Part shown: positions 19,888-30,177 of the stretch, piece by piece
Layout: every line of letters begins with the position of its first letter
Position numbering within the stretch: the first letter of the stretch is position 1
Assembly: GCA_963833845.1 (NCBI GenBank)
Contig: CAWHZL010000004.1
Coordinates: forward strand, 1,521-65,520
From: Vulcanimicrobiota bacterium
GTDB lineage: Bacteria; Vulcanimicrobiota; Vulcanimicrobiia; Vulcanimicrobiales; Vulcanimicrobiaceae
Length of the DNA stretch: 64,000 nucleotides
Direction of reading: 5' to 3'
Notes under the pieces: model-generated
What the model was told of the DNA's origin: nothing
Databases searched by the model: none
What the model saw: the letters and a program-made list of their open reading frames with translations, nothing else
Translations under genes and position numbers: made by a program

Positions 19888-20940
19888 TTGGCTATACCGA
19901 CGCTCGTCGTTCTCGAAGGCGATCAGACCGGGCAAGAGCTGCTGCGCGAAGCCCTGCGCGTGCTCGATCGGCGCGTCATCGGCGTCGAACTCGTTCTCGT
20001 ACCGTACGACCTGTCGCTGGAGAATCGGCGCAAGACGAGCAACCGCGTCGTCCTCGAGGCGGCGGAGGCAATCAAGCAACACGGCCTCGGCTTAAAGGCG
20101 GCCACCATCACGCCCGAAGGCAAGAACGACGTCGGCTCTCCGAATCGCATTCTGCGTGAAGCGATCGGCGGCAGCGTTATCGTGCGGACGGGGCGCAAAC
20201 TGCCGCGCGTGCGGCCCGTCGGCGGGATTCACGCGCCGATCTCGGTCGTGCGCATGGCCGTCGGCGATGCCTACGGCGCCAAGGAGTGGCGCGAAGGCGA
20301 AGGGCTCGACGAGGTGGCGATGCGCACGGAGAAGATTTCGCGGCGAATCTGCCGGTACGTCGCCGAGTACGCGTTCGGGCACGCTAAAAAAACTGGAGCG
20401 GTCGTCTTCGGCGGACCGAAGTTCACCGTGAGCCCGATCTACGAAGGCATGCTCAAGGAAGAGATGGATGCCGCGGCCGCGCGTCATCCCGAGGTCGACT
20501 ACGATCCGCAACTGATCGACGCGACGTACGCGCTGCTGCTCTCCGCGCCCGGCGACAAGCCGCTGGTCATCCCCTCACTCAACCGCGATGGCGACTGTCT
20601 CTCCGATCTCGTGATGCAGCTCTTCGGCTCGATCGCCGGCGCCGAATCGGTGTTGCTCGCCTTCGACGAGACGCTGCGGCCGTCGGCGGTGATGGCAGAA
20701 GCGCCGCATGGCACCGCGCCGCGCCTGGAAGGAAAGAACGTCGCCAATCCGCTGGCGATGATACTCGCGGCGGCGGCCGTTCTCTCGTACGTCGAGGACG
20801 CTCGCGCGAAGGCGGCCTCGCGCGCGATTTACGACGCGGCGCTCGACACCGTCGGCCACGGCATCGCGACGGCCGATCTCGGCGGACACGCGACGACGAG
20901 CGAGTTTACCGATGCGGTTATCGCGCGGATCGCGCGCTAG
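19888..20940 (+). CDS. isocitrate/isopropylmalate dehydrogenase family protein
   Basis: 350 aa, TTG start. KAATITP; NRDGDCLSDLVMQLFGSIAGAES (cf. N-x-x-GD-x-LSD); APHGTAP. Confidence 0.8.
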   Translation: MAIPTLVVLEGDQTGQELLREALRVLDRRVIGVELVLVPYDLSLENRRKTSNRVVLEAAEAIKQHGLGLKAATITPEGKNDVGSPNRILREAIGGSVIVRTGRKLPRVRPVGGIHAPISVVRMAVGDAYGAKEWREGEGLDEVAMRTEKISRRICRYVAEYAFGHAKKTGAVVFGGPKFTVSPIYEGMLKEEMDAAAARHPEVDYDPQLIDATYALLLSAPGDKPLVIPSLNRDGDCLSDLVMQLFGSIAGAESVLLAFDETLRPSAVMAEAPHGTAPRLEGKNVANPLAMILAAAAVLSYVEDARAKAASRAIYDAALDTVGHGIATADLGGHATTSEFTDAVIARIAR

Positions 20941-21695
20941 TTACTTTCAACCGGTTGCGGCTGCAGCCAGAAGTAGCCCGTCGAGATCGAGCGGACGCTC
21001 ATCAGCCGGAAGCAAATCGCGCGCCAAAGGCGCCGCTCCTTCCAAACGTCCGCGGAGAACTTTGAATCGCGCAGCCCGATTCGCCGAAACTCTTTTCGCC
21101 ACGCGCCGGCACTCAGGAAACAGACGCCGCACCCGGCCGTATTCGCGCCGAGGCGCTTGATGACCGGCGCGAGAAAATCGCTTGCGGTCAGCATGTAGAC
21201 GAGCCAGCCCGGCAAGTTGTCGATCGCGATGCCGTCGTACAGGTTTTCGGTCACGACGACGCGGCCGCCCGGAGCAAGCAGCGAGACGGCCTGCGCCAGC
21301 GCATTGCGTTGAATGCGCCGCGTCTCCGAATACGTTTTACCGATGAAGTGGTGCAGCGACAGGTTGAAAAAGATGATGTCGAAGCGCCGGTCCTCGAGCT
21401 TCGCGGCCATGTCGGTCGCCGATGCCAGGACGAGCTGCTTGCGCGCGTTGCTCGTATTCTCCGAGAGCAGCAGCTCGGAGTTGTCGAGCACGGCGCCGCG
21501 CGAGGTTGGAAATCGCTCCAGCAGCCCGTCGGTGAAGAGGCCCGGGCCGCCGCCGACGTCGAGGAACGAGAAGTCGCCGTCTTTGAAGTTCTCGCCGACC
21601 GTTTTGGCGATGCCGTCGAACAACGAGTCGGTGACGTAGTCGCGATGCGAAAAGGTCTGCAGCTGGTTATCCGCGAGCTTTCGTACGGCCGCCAT
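20937..21695 (-). CDS. class I SAM-dependent methyltransferase
   Basis: SAM motif I FLDVGGGPG. FDIIFFNLSLHHF. Start at internal ATG 21693..21695. Stop overlaps the convergent icd-like stop (CTAG). Confidence 0.8.
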   Translation of the reverse strand: MAAVRKLADNQLQTFSHRDYVTDSLFDGIAKTVGENFKDGDFSFLDVGGGPGLFTDGLLERFPTSRGAVLDNSELLLSENTSNARKQLVLASATDMAAKLEDRRFDIIFFNLSLHHFIGKTYSETRRIQRNALAQAVSLLAPGGRVVVTENLYDGIAIDNLPGWLVYMLTASDFLAPVIKRLGANTAGCGVCFLSAGAWRKEFRRIGLRDSKFSADVWKERRLWRAICFRLMSVRSISTGYFWLQPQPVESN

Positions 21696-21889
21696 GCCTC
21701 CGGTATAACACAACCGAGTGCGAGGCCGGAGAGCCATAGTGCCACGGGACCGCACGACCAAGGTCCTACGCTGCGGGGCCGAAGGCCTAAACCTCCATCA
21801 CGACGGGGATGACGACCGGTCGGCGTTTGGTGCGCTCGTAGACCCCCTTCGCCAGCGCGCTGCGGATATGTTCCTTTACCGAGTCGGCG

Positions 21890-23482
21890 TCACGCATCGC
21901 GTTCGACGGAGATCCCTTTTATCGCCACCTCGAGTTCGGCGCGCAGTTCGTCGAGCACGCCGCCGGCTTCGGGAAGATAAAAGACGCCCTTGGAGATGAG
22001 ATCGGGTCCCGCGATGACGCGTGCCTCTTCGCTGTCGATCGCAATGACGACCATCATGATCCCGTCGTTGGAGAGCGCCTTGCGATCGCGCAGCACCGCC
22101 TCGCCGATGTCGCCGATGCCCGAACCGTCGACGAAGACGTGGCCGCCGTACGTCCGGCCGACCTTGTCGCCGTACTCGTTGGTAAACTCGAGCACGTCGC
22201 CGTTCTCGACGATGAAGACGTTTCCGGCCTCGACGCCCGTCTCGACCGCGAGTTTTCCGTGCGCGGCCAGCATCCGGTACTCGCCATGCACCGGAACGAA
22301 GAACTCCGGCCGAACGAGGTTGAGCATCAGCAGCAGCTCCTCTTGCGAGGCGTGGCCGGAGACGTGCGAGCGCCCATCGGTCCCGTGAATGACGGTCGCG
22401 CCGAGCTTGCAGAGGTTATTGATCGTCTTGTGCACGCTCTTCTCGTTGCCCGGAATCGGCGTCGCGCTGATGACGACCGTATCGCCGGGAACGATTTTGA
22501 ACTGCTTGTGGTCGCGCACCGACATCCGCGCGAGGCCGCTCATCGGCTCGCCCTGCGAACCGGTCGTCATCACGACGACGCGTTCGGGTGGATACGCATC
22601 GACATCCTCGATGCGCAGCACGGAGTCGGAGGGCACGCGCAGGTGGCCGAGCTCGCTTGCAAAGTGGACGACGTTGCGCATCGAGCGCCCTAAAAACGCG
22701 ACCTTGCGGCCGAATCGCACGGCGTGATCCACCGTCTGCTGAATGCGCGGAACGTTGGACGCAAACGAAGCGACCACGATCCGCCCCTTCGCGTGCGAGA
22801 AAATCGACGTAAAGGCTTCCCCGACCATGCGCTCCGATCGCGTGTGCCCCGGACGCTCGGCGTTGGTCGAGTCGGAAAGCATGCAGAGCACGCCCTCGTC
22901 GCCGATGCGCGCGATGCGCGCGAAATCGGCGGGCTCACCGTCGATCGGGGTCTGATCGAACTTGAAGTCGCCGGTGTGGAAGACGTTCCCGACCGGAGTG
23001 CGCAACGCCAACGCGCAAGCTCCCGCCACCGAGTGGTTGACGTGTACGAACTCCGCCTCGATCGAGCCGTAGCGGACGCGGCTCCCAGGTTTGACCTGCG
23101 TGAACTCCGCCTCGCCGACTCGCTGCTCGCGCGACTTCGCCTTGATCAGCGCGATCGTCAACGCCGTCCCGACGATCGGGATCCCCTTGAACTCGCGCGC
23201 GAAGTACGGAATGCCGCCGATATGATCTTCATGTCCGTGGGTGACCAACAGCGCGCGCAGCTTGCCGGCCCGCTCGCGAACGTAGGTGAAGTCGTTGATG
23301 ACGATGTCGACGCCGTACATCTCGTCATCGGGGAACATTAACCCGCAATCGACGACCACGAGATCCTCGTCGGTCTCGATCACCGTCATGTTCCGGCCGA
23401 TCTCACCGCAGCCGCCCAGCGGGGCGATGCGAAGGTAGGGCCCGGCAGGCGGCAGGGGCAGCGTCAAAGTGTCGGAGCTCAC
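21890..23482 (-). CDS. rnj: ribonuclease J (beta-CASP metallo-beta-lactamase); the true C-terminus appears to continue in the +1 frame to 21787
   Basis: GTG start. LLVTHGHEDHIGGIPY, beta-CASP region, GHASQEEL. The 36 codons after and overlapping the stop (..GVYERTKRRPVVIPVVMEV*, 21787..21897) look like the conserved RNase J tail. Confidence 0.9.
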   Translation of the reverse strand: MSSDTLTLPLPPAGPYLRIAPLGGCGEIGRNMTVIETDEDLVVVDCGLMFPDDEMYGVDIVINDFTYVRERAGKLRALLVTHGHEDHIGGIPYFAREFKGIPIVGTALTIALIKAKSREQRVGEAEFTQVKPGSRVRYGSIEAEFVHVNHSVAGACALALRTPVGNVFHTGDFKFDQTPIDGEPADFARIARIGDEGVLCMLSDSTNAERPGHTRSERMVGEAFTSIFSHAKGRIVVASFASNVPRIQQTVDHAVRFGRKVAFLGRSMRNVVHFASELGHLRVPSDSVLRIEDVDAYPPERVVVMTTGSQGEPMSGLARMSVRDHKQFKIVPGDTVVISATPIPGNEKSVHKTINNLCKLGATVIHGTDGRSHVSGHASQEELLLMLNLVRPEFFVPVHGEYRMLAAHGKLAVETGVEAGNVFIVENGDVLEFTNEYGDKVGRTYGGHVFVDGSGIGDIGEAVLRDRKALSNDGIMMVVIAIDSEEARVIAGPDLISKGVFYLPEAGGVLDELRAELEVAIKGISVERDA

Positions 23483-23553
23483 CGGCCTTGCTTTTGCCGC
23501 CCGGCCTTGCTCCCCCGCGCAAACGGGTGAATTACGACCAGGAGGTACTCGTC

Positions 23554-23868
23554 ATGCACCTCGTTGCGCTCGTGCTCTTGGCCGGCTTGGCTTCGCCCGT
23601 GCCCGGCGCTTCGGCCGGCAGCCCGGTGCACGCGTCGCCTGCGCCGCTCTCGCCCGACGCGCTGTTCTCCCGCCGGGCGCTGCGGCGGGCAAGGCTGCTC
23701 ATTCAAATGCGCGTGATGCAGCTGCGCGACGAGCAGCTCGAGTGCATCCGGGCCGCGCTCGAGCGGCGGCTGCCCGGCGCCCTCTGGGAGGAGGTCCCTA
23801 GCGCATCGCGAGGCGCGGGCGATGCACGAGCGGATGTCGCAAAGTGTGAGGAGATGCTGAAGTTCTAA
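23554..23868 (+). CDS. hypothetical secreted protein
   Basis: GGAGG RBS 8 nt upstream of ATG 23554. Signal peptide MHLVALVLLAGLASPVPGASA. 104 aa, directly upstream of htrA. Confidence 0.5.
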   Translation: MHLVALVLLAGLASPVPGASAGSPVHASPAPLSPDALFSRRALRRARLLIQMRVMQLRDEQLECIRAALERRLPGALWEEVPSASRGAGDARADVAKCEEMLKF

Positions 23869-23924
23869 AGCCGCGGCCGCCTTCTTGGTAACTTTTTGCC
23901 GGTAGCCTGGTAGGATGGCTGCGT

Positions 23925-25187
23925 ATGACAAATCGCGTTTTGCCCACTCTCATCGTCGGGCTTGTTGGGGCCGTTATCGGCAGCTTCCTCATGATGCTCT
24001 ATGCGAGCAGTCATTTCGGCGGGGCGACCGGCCCGGCCGGCACGCCGCCCGCAATGGCCGCCGTTCCTTTGAGCGGCGTCAGCGATCAAGACCGGATCGT
24101 CAGCGCGGTCAAGCGCACGAAATCGTCGGTGGTCGCCATCACCGAAGAGGTCAACGGTCAGGAAGTGATCCCCGCAGACCCGTTCTTTCAGCAATTCTTC
24201 GGCGGGCAGGGGCCGGGCATCGTCCAGCCCTATCGCGGCGAGGCATCCGGCTCGGGCTTTGTGATCGATTCGCGCGGCGATATCGTCACCAACGCGCACG
24301 TGCTGCAGCCCCCGCAGGGTGGTAAGGTGACGAAGTTGACGGTCGTCTTTGCGAACGGCGATCGCGTCCCCGCGCACGTTCTTGCCTACAATATTGCCGC
24401 CGACGTCGGCATTCTACGCGTCGATAATTACGGCAAGCTTCCGCCGCCGCTCGATCTTGGCGATTCGAGCCGGCTCGAGCAAGGGCAGTGGGCGATCGCG
24501 ATCGGCGAACCGCTGCAGCTCCAGCAGACCGTCACGGTCGGCGTCGTCTCGGCCTTTAACCGCTCGGAACCGATTCCGACGGAGAATGGCTCGGAGATCG
24601 ATTTCAAGGGGCTGCTGCAGACCAGCGCGCCGATCAATCCCGGCAACTCCGGCGGACCGCTGATCGACATCAACGGCCAAGTAATCGGGATGAATCAGTT
24701 GACGGTCAAGTCGGCCTACGCTCAAGGCATCGGCTTCGCGATACCCTCGAATACCATTCGGAACGTCGTCGCCTCCCTCGAGAAGAACCCCGGCGCCCAT
24801 CAGGGCACCTCGACGGGCTTCCTGGGCATCTACATGGCCGACCTGACGGCCGGCATCAAGAACCAGATCGGCTACAACGGCGGCGCCGGCATCGCCGTAC
24901 AACAGGTCTTCTCCGGATCGCCCGCCGATTCGGCCGGCATCCAACCCGGTGACGTGATCCTGCAAGCCGACGGCAAGACGTTCAGCAACGTTAAGGACCT
25001 CCACAACTACATCGCCTCTAAGAAGCCCGGCGACACGATCCGGCTCAACGTCTGGTCGCAGGGCATGAAGAAGTTCGTTGCCATCAAGCTTAGCGAGACG
25101 CCGGCGGCCCAGCCGCAAGCGCTCCAGCAGCCGCAGCAGCAACAGCAACAGCCCCAAGGGCAGCAACCCGAAGAAGAGCAGCCCTAG
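23925..25187 (+). CDS. htrA: HtrA/DegP family serine protease with PDZ domain and Gln-rich tail
   Basis: N-terminal TM. GSGFVIDSRGDIVTNAHV, NPGNSGGPL. PDZ (GSPADSAGIQPGDVIL). C-terminal QQPQQQQQQPQGQQPEEEQP. Confidence 0.92.
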   Translation: MTNRVLPTLIVGLVGAVIGSFLMMLYASSHFGGATGPAGTPPAMAAVPLSGVSDQDRIVSAVKRTKSSVVAITEEVNGQEVIPADPFFQQFFGGQGPGIVQPYRGEASGSGFVIDSRGDIVTNAHVLQPPQGGKVTKLTVVFANGDRVPAHVLAYNIAADVGILRVDNYGKLPPPLDLGDSSRLEQGQWAIAIGEPLQLQQTVTVGVVSAFNRSEPIPTENGSEIDFKGLLQTSAPINPGNSGGPLIDINGQVIGMNQLTVKSAYAQGIGFAIPSNTIRNVVASLEKNPGAHQGTSTGFLGIYMADLTAGIKNQIGYNGGAGIAVQQVFSGSPADSAGIQPGDVILQADGKTFSNVKDLHNYIASKKPGDTIRLNVWSQGMKKFVAIKLSETPAAQPQALQQPQQQQQQPQGQQPEEEQP

Positions 25188-25194
25188 TCGAAAG

Positions 25195-25231
25195 GGGGGC
25201 CCTGCAACCCGCGGGCCCCCGGTCGTGTTTT
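25195..25231 (+). terminator. rho-independent terminator after htrA
   Basis: GGGGGCCC (25195..25202), 10-nt loop, GGGCCCCC (25213..25220), then ggtcgtgTTTT. Confidence 0.7.
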
Positions 25232-25416
25232 GAGTAATCGAAACAACTTTGCTACCGCATCGTGTATTATGGTGCGGTACTCCCAATCTTGGTTCGTTCG
25301 TAAGCGGCAAGGCGCCGCCGGCCTCGCGTCGGGCTCATAACCTCGACCCGACAGCGACCCCGGCTCAGCTGGTCCGGAACGGCCCGGAAATTTAAACAAC
25401 GAGGTAAGAACGTTTC

Positions 25417-27273
25417 ATGGCTAAGACGGTCGGCATCGACCTTGGCACGACGAATTCCGTCGTGGCCGTAATGGAGGGCACTTCGCCCGTCGTTATCCCC
25501 AACGCCGAAGGGTCCCGTACGACGCCTTCGGTCGTCGCATTCACAAAGACCGGCGAGCGTCTCGTCGGCCAACTCGCAAAGCGTCAGGCGATCACCAATC
25601 CCGATCGCACGATCAGCTCGATCAAGCGTCACATGGGCGAGCCTGATTATCACGTCAAGATCGACGGCAAGGATTACACGCCGCAAGAGATCTCGGCGAT
25701 GATTCTTCAGAAGCTGGTCAACGACGCCAGCAATTATCTCGGCGAGCGCGTGACCAAAGCGGTCATCACCGTGCCCGCCTACTTCAACGATTCGCAGCGG
25801 CAAGCCACCAAAGACGCCGGCAAGATCGCCGGGCTCGACGTGCTGCGCATCATCAACGAGCCGACGGCGGCGGCGCTCGCCTACGGGCTCGAAAAACAAG
25901 GTAACGAGACGATTCTCGTTTGGGATCTCGGCGGCGGCACATTCGACGTCTCGATCCTCGAAGTCGGCGACGGAGTCTTCGAAGTGAAGGCGACCAACGG
26001 CGACACGCACCTCGGCGGCGACGATTACGATCAGCGCGTCGTCGACTGGCTCGTCGAACAGTTCCGCCGCGATCAAGGCATCGATCTCGCGAAGGATAAG
26101 CAGGCGATGCAGCGGCTCACCGAGGCCGCCGAAAAAGCGAAGATCGAGCTCTCGTCGGTCGTCCAGACCAGCATCAATCTGCCGTTCATCACGGCCGATC
26201 AGGAAGGCCCCAAGCACCTCGACTACACGTTGACCCGTGCGAAGTTCGAGGAGCTGACGGGCGATCTCAGCGATCGTTGCGTGGGCCCGTTCCACAGCGC
26301 GATCGCCGATGCCAAGCTCGACGTCTCGAAGATCGACGAAGTGATCATGGTCGGCGGCGCGACGCGCATGCCGGTCATCCAAGAGCTCGTGCGCAAGCTC
26401 ACCGGTAAGGAACCGAACCTGACGGTCAACCCGGACGAAGTCGTCGCGATCGGCGCGGCGATTCAGGCCGGCGTTCTCTCCGGCGAAGTCCGCGACGTCG
26501 TATTGCTCGACGTTACGCCGCTCTCGCTCGGTCTGGAAACGCTCGGCGGCGTTCTGACGAAGCTCATCGATCGCAACACGACGATTCCAACGAAGAAATC
26601 GCAGATCTTCACGACCGCCGAAGACGGCCAAACGTCGGTAGACATCCACGTGCTTCAAGGCGAACGCCCGATGGCACAGGATAACAAGACGCTCGGACGT
26701 TTCCGCTTGGAAGGCATTCCGCCCGCACCGCGCGGCGTACCGCAGATCGAAGTAGCGTTCAACATCGACGCCAACGGCATCGTGAACGTCAGTGCCAAAG
26801 ATCTGGGAACCGGCAAGGAGCAGGCGATCACGATCACCGCTTCGACCAACCTCAATAAGGAGGAGGTCGACCGGATGGTGCGTGAGGCCGAGGCGCAATC
26901 GGCGGAGGATACCGCCAAGCGCGACGAAGCCGAAGTGCGCAACAACGCTTCCAGCCTGATCTACTCGACCGAGAAATCCGTCAAGGAGGTCGGCGATAAG
27001 CTCGATGCCGGCGCGCGCGCCGAGGTCGAAAGTAAACTCTCCGAGCTCAAGCGCGTCAGCGAAAACGGGACGGTCGCCGAGATCAAGCCCGCGATCGAAG
27101 CGCTGCAACAGGCGAGCTACAAGATGGCCGAGCTGCTCTACAAAGCGGCCGCGCCGCAAGGCGAGGCTGCCGGCGCGGGAGCCGGCGACGGATCGGCGAG
27201 CGGCAATGGCGCGAGCGGCGGAGCCGCCGCCGGGGAAGACGTCATTGACGCCGAGTTCAAGGAAGCGCAGTAG
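25417..27273 (+). CDS. dnaK: molecular chaperone DnaK (Hsp70)
   Basis: [23 protein letters not shown], 618 aa. GAGG RBS. Confidence 0.99.
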   Translation: MAKTVGIDLGTTNSVVAVMEGTSPVVIPNAEGSRTTPSVVAFTKTGERLVGQLAKRQAITNPDRTISSIKRHMGEPDYHVKIDGKDYTPQEISAMILQKLVNDASNYLGERVTKAVITVPAYFNDSQRQATKDAGKIAGLDVLRIINEPTAAALAYGLEKQGNETILVWDLGGGTFDVSILEVGDGVFEVKATNGDTHLGGDDYDQRVVDWLVEQFRRDQGIDLAKDKQAMQRLTEAAEKAKIELSSVVQTSINLPFITADQEGPKHLDYTLTRAKFEELTGDLSDRCVGPFHSAIADAKLDVSKIDEVIMVGGATRMPVIQELVRKLTGKEPNLTVNPDEVVAIGAAIQAGVLSGEVRDVVLLDVTPLSLGLETLGGVLTKLIDRNTTIPTKKSQIFTTAEDGQTSVDIHVLQGERPMAQDNKTLGRFRLEGIPPAPRGVPQIEVAFNIDANGIVNVSAKDLGTGKEQAITITASTNLNKEEVDRMVREAEAQSAEDTAKRDEAEVRNNASSLIYSTEKSVKEVGDKLDAGARAEVESKLSELKRVSENGTVAEIKPAIEALQQASYKMAELLYKAAAPQGEAAGAGAGDGSASGNGASGGAAAGEDVIDAEFKEAQ

Positions 27274-27296
27274 ACGTCTGAGTGCGAAGCTGAACG

Positions 27297-27830
27297 ATGT
27301 TTGACGATCAATCGGTTCTCAAAACAGAAGCCGGAGAGGCCGTCATCGAAGAGCAGGCGCCGCAGCAAGACTCCCTCGAGGAGCAACTTGCTGCGGCCAA
27401 CGCTCGCGCCGACGAAAACTACGGCAAGTTCTTGCTGGCCGTTGCCGACTTCGATAACTACAAGAAGCGCATGCAGCGCGACTTCGATTCGCTCGTCGCC
27501 TCGCGGCGTCGAATGCTGCTCGAGCGCTTCTTGCCCGTCCTCGACAATCTCCAGCGCGCCCTCGAATCGAAAGCCGAGGGCGACACGCTGCGCGGCGGTC
27601 TCGAACAGACGCTGCGCGGTTTCGAAGCCTTGCTGGCGGGTGAGGGCGTGAAGGTGATCGAGATTAAGGGCAAGCCGTTCGACCCGCGGCTCGCCGAAGC
27701 AATCGGCACGTCGGCAACCAACGGCGCCAGCGAAGATACGGTGGTCGAGGTCGCCGAGAAGGGCTACACGCTCGGCGAAGAGGTGTTGCGACCCGCGAAA
27801 GTCATCGTCGCCAAAACCGCAGACGAATGA
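27297..27830 (+). CDS. grpE: nucleotide exchange factor GrpE
   Basis: 177 aa between dnaK and dna[31 protein letters not shown]. Confidence 0.95.
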   Translation: MFDDQSVLKTEAGEAVIEEQAPQQDSLEEQLAAANARADENYGKFLLAVADFDNYKKRMQRDFDSLVASRRRMLLERFLPVLDNLQRALESKAEGDTLRGGLEQTLRGFEALLAGEGVKVIEIKGKPFDPRLAEAIGTSATNGASEDTVVEVAEKGYTLGEEVLRPAKVIVAKTADE

Positions 27831-28834
27831 ACTTTAAGGACTACTATGCCATCTTGGGCGTTCCGAAGAACGCCGCCGAGAAAGACATCAAGTCCGCGTA
27901 TCGCAAGCTCGCGCGCAAGTGGCATCCCGACGCGAACCTCAATAGCCCCAAAGAGGCCGAGGAGAAGTTCAAGGAGATCTCCGAGGCCTACGAAGTACTG
28001 GGCGATCCAGAAAAGCGTCAGAAGTACGACGTTCTCGGGCCGAACTGGCAGCAAGCGGCGCACCAAGCCGAACAGCAGCGCCGCTATCGCACGACCGTCA
28101 ACGGCGAGGAGTTCGAGTTCGATCTCGGCGGACCGGGTGAGAGCCCGAGCGGCTTCTCCGATTTCTTCGACATCTTCTTCTCGGGTGTCGGCCGCCGTCA
28201 AACGACGCGGCCAAACCCGGGGCGCGCCCGTCAGATGCGCGGACAAGATCTCGAGACAACGATCGAGCTCAACCTTCGCGACATTTTCGATGGCGGCAAG
28301 AAAGCCGTCTCGCTGCAGATCGAGGACCGCTGTCCTCGCTGCCACGGAACGGGCACCGAAGGCGGTCACCTCTGCCCGCAATGCCACGGCACCGGTCACG
28401 TTATCCTCAACAAGAAGTTCGAAGTAACGATTCCGCGCGGAATCAGCGAGGGGCAGCGCATTCGTCTCGCCGGCCAAGGGGGCGCCGGGGCCAACGGCGG
28501 CCCGAACGGGGATCTCTATCTCATCGTGCGTTTGGAAGAGGATCCCACGTACAAACGCAAAGGCGACGACCTGTACGTCGATCTGCCGGTGAGCATTTAC
28601 GACCTGCTGCTCGGCGGCCAGGTCAACGTCCCGACGCTCAGCGGACAAGTCGCGATGACGATCCCCGCCGGAACGCAGAACAACCGCCTGCTGCGGCTCG
28701 CCGGCCGCGGCTTGCAGCAGGTCAAAGGTAAAGGCAGCGGCGATCAATACGTTCGCCTCATCGGCCAGCTGCCGCAGAATCTCTCCGATAAGGAAAAGAA
28801 GCTCTTCACGGAGCTCGCCGCGCTGCGCAGCTAG
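27827..28834 (+). CDS. dnaJ: DnaJ-class co-chaperone with a reduced (two CxxCxGxG) zinc-finger region
   Basis: J domain [20 protein letters not shown]. Only CPRCHGTG and CPQCHGTG are present. ATGA overlap with grpE. Confidence 0.9.
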   Translation: MNFKDYYAILGVPKNAAEKDIKSAYRKLARKWHPDANLNSPKEAEEKFKEISEAYEVLGDPEKRQKYDVLGPNWQQAAHQAEQQRRYRTTVNGEEFEFDLGGPGESPSGFSDFFDIFFSGVGRRQTTRPNPGRARQMRGQDLETTIELNLRDIFDGGKKAVSLQIEDRCPRCHGTGTEGGHLCPQCHGTGHVILNKKFEVTIPRGISEGQRIRLAGQGGAGANGGPNGDLYLIVRLEEDPTYKRKGDDLYVDLPVSIYDLLLGGQVNVPTLSGQVAMTIPAGTQNNRLLRLAGRGLQQVKGKGSGDQYVRLIGQLPQNLSDKEKKLFTELAALRS

Positions 28835-28896
28835 AGGGGGCGCTGCTAGCCGCCGATAAGCTCCAGGCTTCACCCCACGCTCGCCGAGGAGTATTT

Positions 28897-30105
28897 GTGA
28901 ACGGAGCTTTCAGATTTTCCGCACCGCTGCTCGCGGTGCTCGCGATTGCCGCCTGCAGCAGCGGCGGCTCTGCAGGAATGCCGGTAGAAAACGGCATCGC
29001 TCAACCAAACGCGGCCCACGCGATGCCGCAGTGGCAAGCGCGGAATCTCGCGCGACCAGCCTGCGGCTCCGCGCCGCGCGGGGGCGCCCAGTGCCTGGCG
29101 CTCATCGAGACGACGCCCGGCCACCACGACAGCAGCAGTTCCGGCTGGACGCCGGCCGATTTTCAAGCAGCCTACAATCTTCCGTCGGCGACCAAAGGCA
29201 AGGGGCAGATCGTCGCGATCGTCGACGCGTACGACAATCCCGACGTCGCTTCGGATCTCGCGACGTATCGTTCGGCCTACGGGCTCGGAACCGCGAACTT
29301 CACCAAGTACAACCAGCAAGGCCAAACGAGCAACTACCCGCAGGGGAGCCCGAGTTGGGGCGTCGAGACCGATCTCGACGTTCAGATGGTCTCTGCCGTC
29401 TGCCCGAACTGCACCATCTACCTCGTCGAGGCGAACAGCGAGAACAGCGACGATCTCGAAGCCGCCGAAGCGCAAGCGGTGAAGCTCGGCGCCCACGTCG
29501 TCAGCAACAGTTGGATCTGCTACTCGTACTCTTGCTCGATCGACCCGTCGTACTTCGATACGCCGGGCGTCATCTATACCGCCGGCTCGGGGGACGAAGG
29601 GTATAACATCATCGGGCCGCCGATGTCCCTGCCGACGGTCACTGCGGTCGGCGGCACGGTCCTCTCCAAGAGCGGCTCCAAATATAGCGAGGACGTCTGG
29701 GACGGTGCCGGCTCCGGCTGCGCCCAACAAGTGAAGAAACCGAAATGGCAGCACGATCCGAGCTGCTCGAATCGCACCGGTGCCGACGTCTCGGCCGTCG
29801 CCTACGACGTTTCCGAGTACGACTCGTACGACGCAGGCGGCTGGTTCACCATCGGCGGCACGAGCGTCGCAACGCCGATGATCGCGGGCGTCTACGGGCT
29901 TGCCGGAAACGCCAAATCGCAGCACGGCCCCAAGAATATTTGGAGGCTGCGCAGCAAGAAGTTGAAAAAGGCCCTGCATTACATCTCGAGCGGAAGCAAC
30001 GGATCGTGCGGCGGCAGCTACCTCTGCACCGCGGGAACCAAACAGTTCAAGACGTACTCCGGCCCTGCAGGCTGGGGCACGCCCAACGGCCTCGGCGCCT
30101 TCTAA
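28897..30105 (+). CDS. S53 (sedolisin-like) serine peptidase lipoprotein without recognisable prodomain
   Basis: GAGGAG RBS plus GTG. Lipobox AIAAC-S. TPADFQAAYNL, IVDAYD, ETDLD, SGDEG, GGTSVATP. Paralog of 62084..63307. Confidence 0.75.
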   Translation: MNGAFRFSAPLLAVLAIAACSSGGSAGMPVENGIAQPNAAHAMPQWQARNLARPACGSAPRGGAQCLALIETTPGHHDSSSSGWTPADFQAAYNLPSATKGKGQIVAIVDAYDNPDVASDLATYRSAYGLGTANFTKYNQQGQTSNYPQGSPSWGVETDLDVQMVSAVCPNCTIYLVEANSENSDDLEAAEAQAVKLGAHVVSNSWICYSYSCSIDPSYFDTPGVIYTAGSGDEGYNIIGPPMSLPTVTAVGGTVLSKSGSKYSEDVWDGAGSGCAQQVKKPKWQHDPSCSNRTGADVSAVAYDVSEYDSYDAGGWFTIGGTSVATPMIAGVYGLAGNAKSQHGPKNIWRLRSKKLKKALHYISSGSNGSCGGSYLCTAGTKQFKTYSGPAGWGTPNGLGAF

Positions 30106-30177
30106 CCTCGGCAACCCCCGGCATCGGAGAGTGGTCTAACGTGGGCACCGCATCCACTACCTTAATTTGGGGGACAG

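Noticed and set aside
20937-20940. Convergent stop-codon overlaps (CTAG) at 20937..20940 and 35532..35535.
   Set aside because: These reflect tight gene packing only, with no functional implication I can support.
21787-21897. 36-codon ORF overlapping the rnj stop as an independent small gene or antitoxin.
   Set aside because: Its sequence (..YERTKRRPVVIPVVMEV) matches the conserved C-terminal tail of RNase J. I reinterpreted it as the out-of-frame end of rnj.
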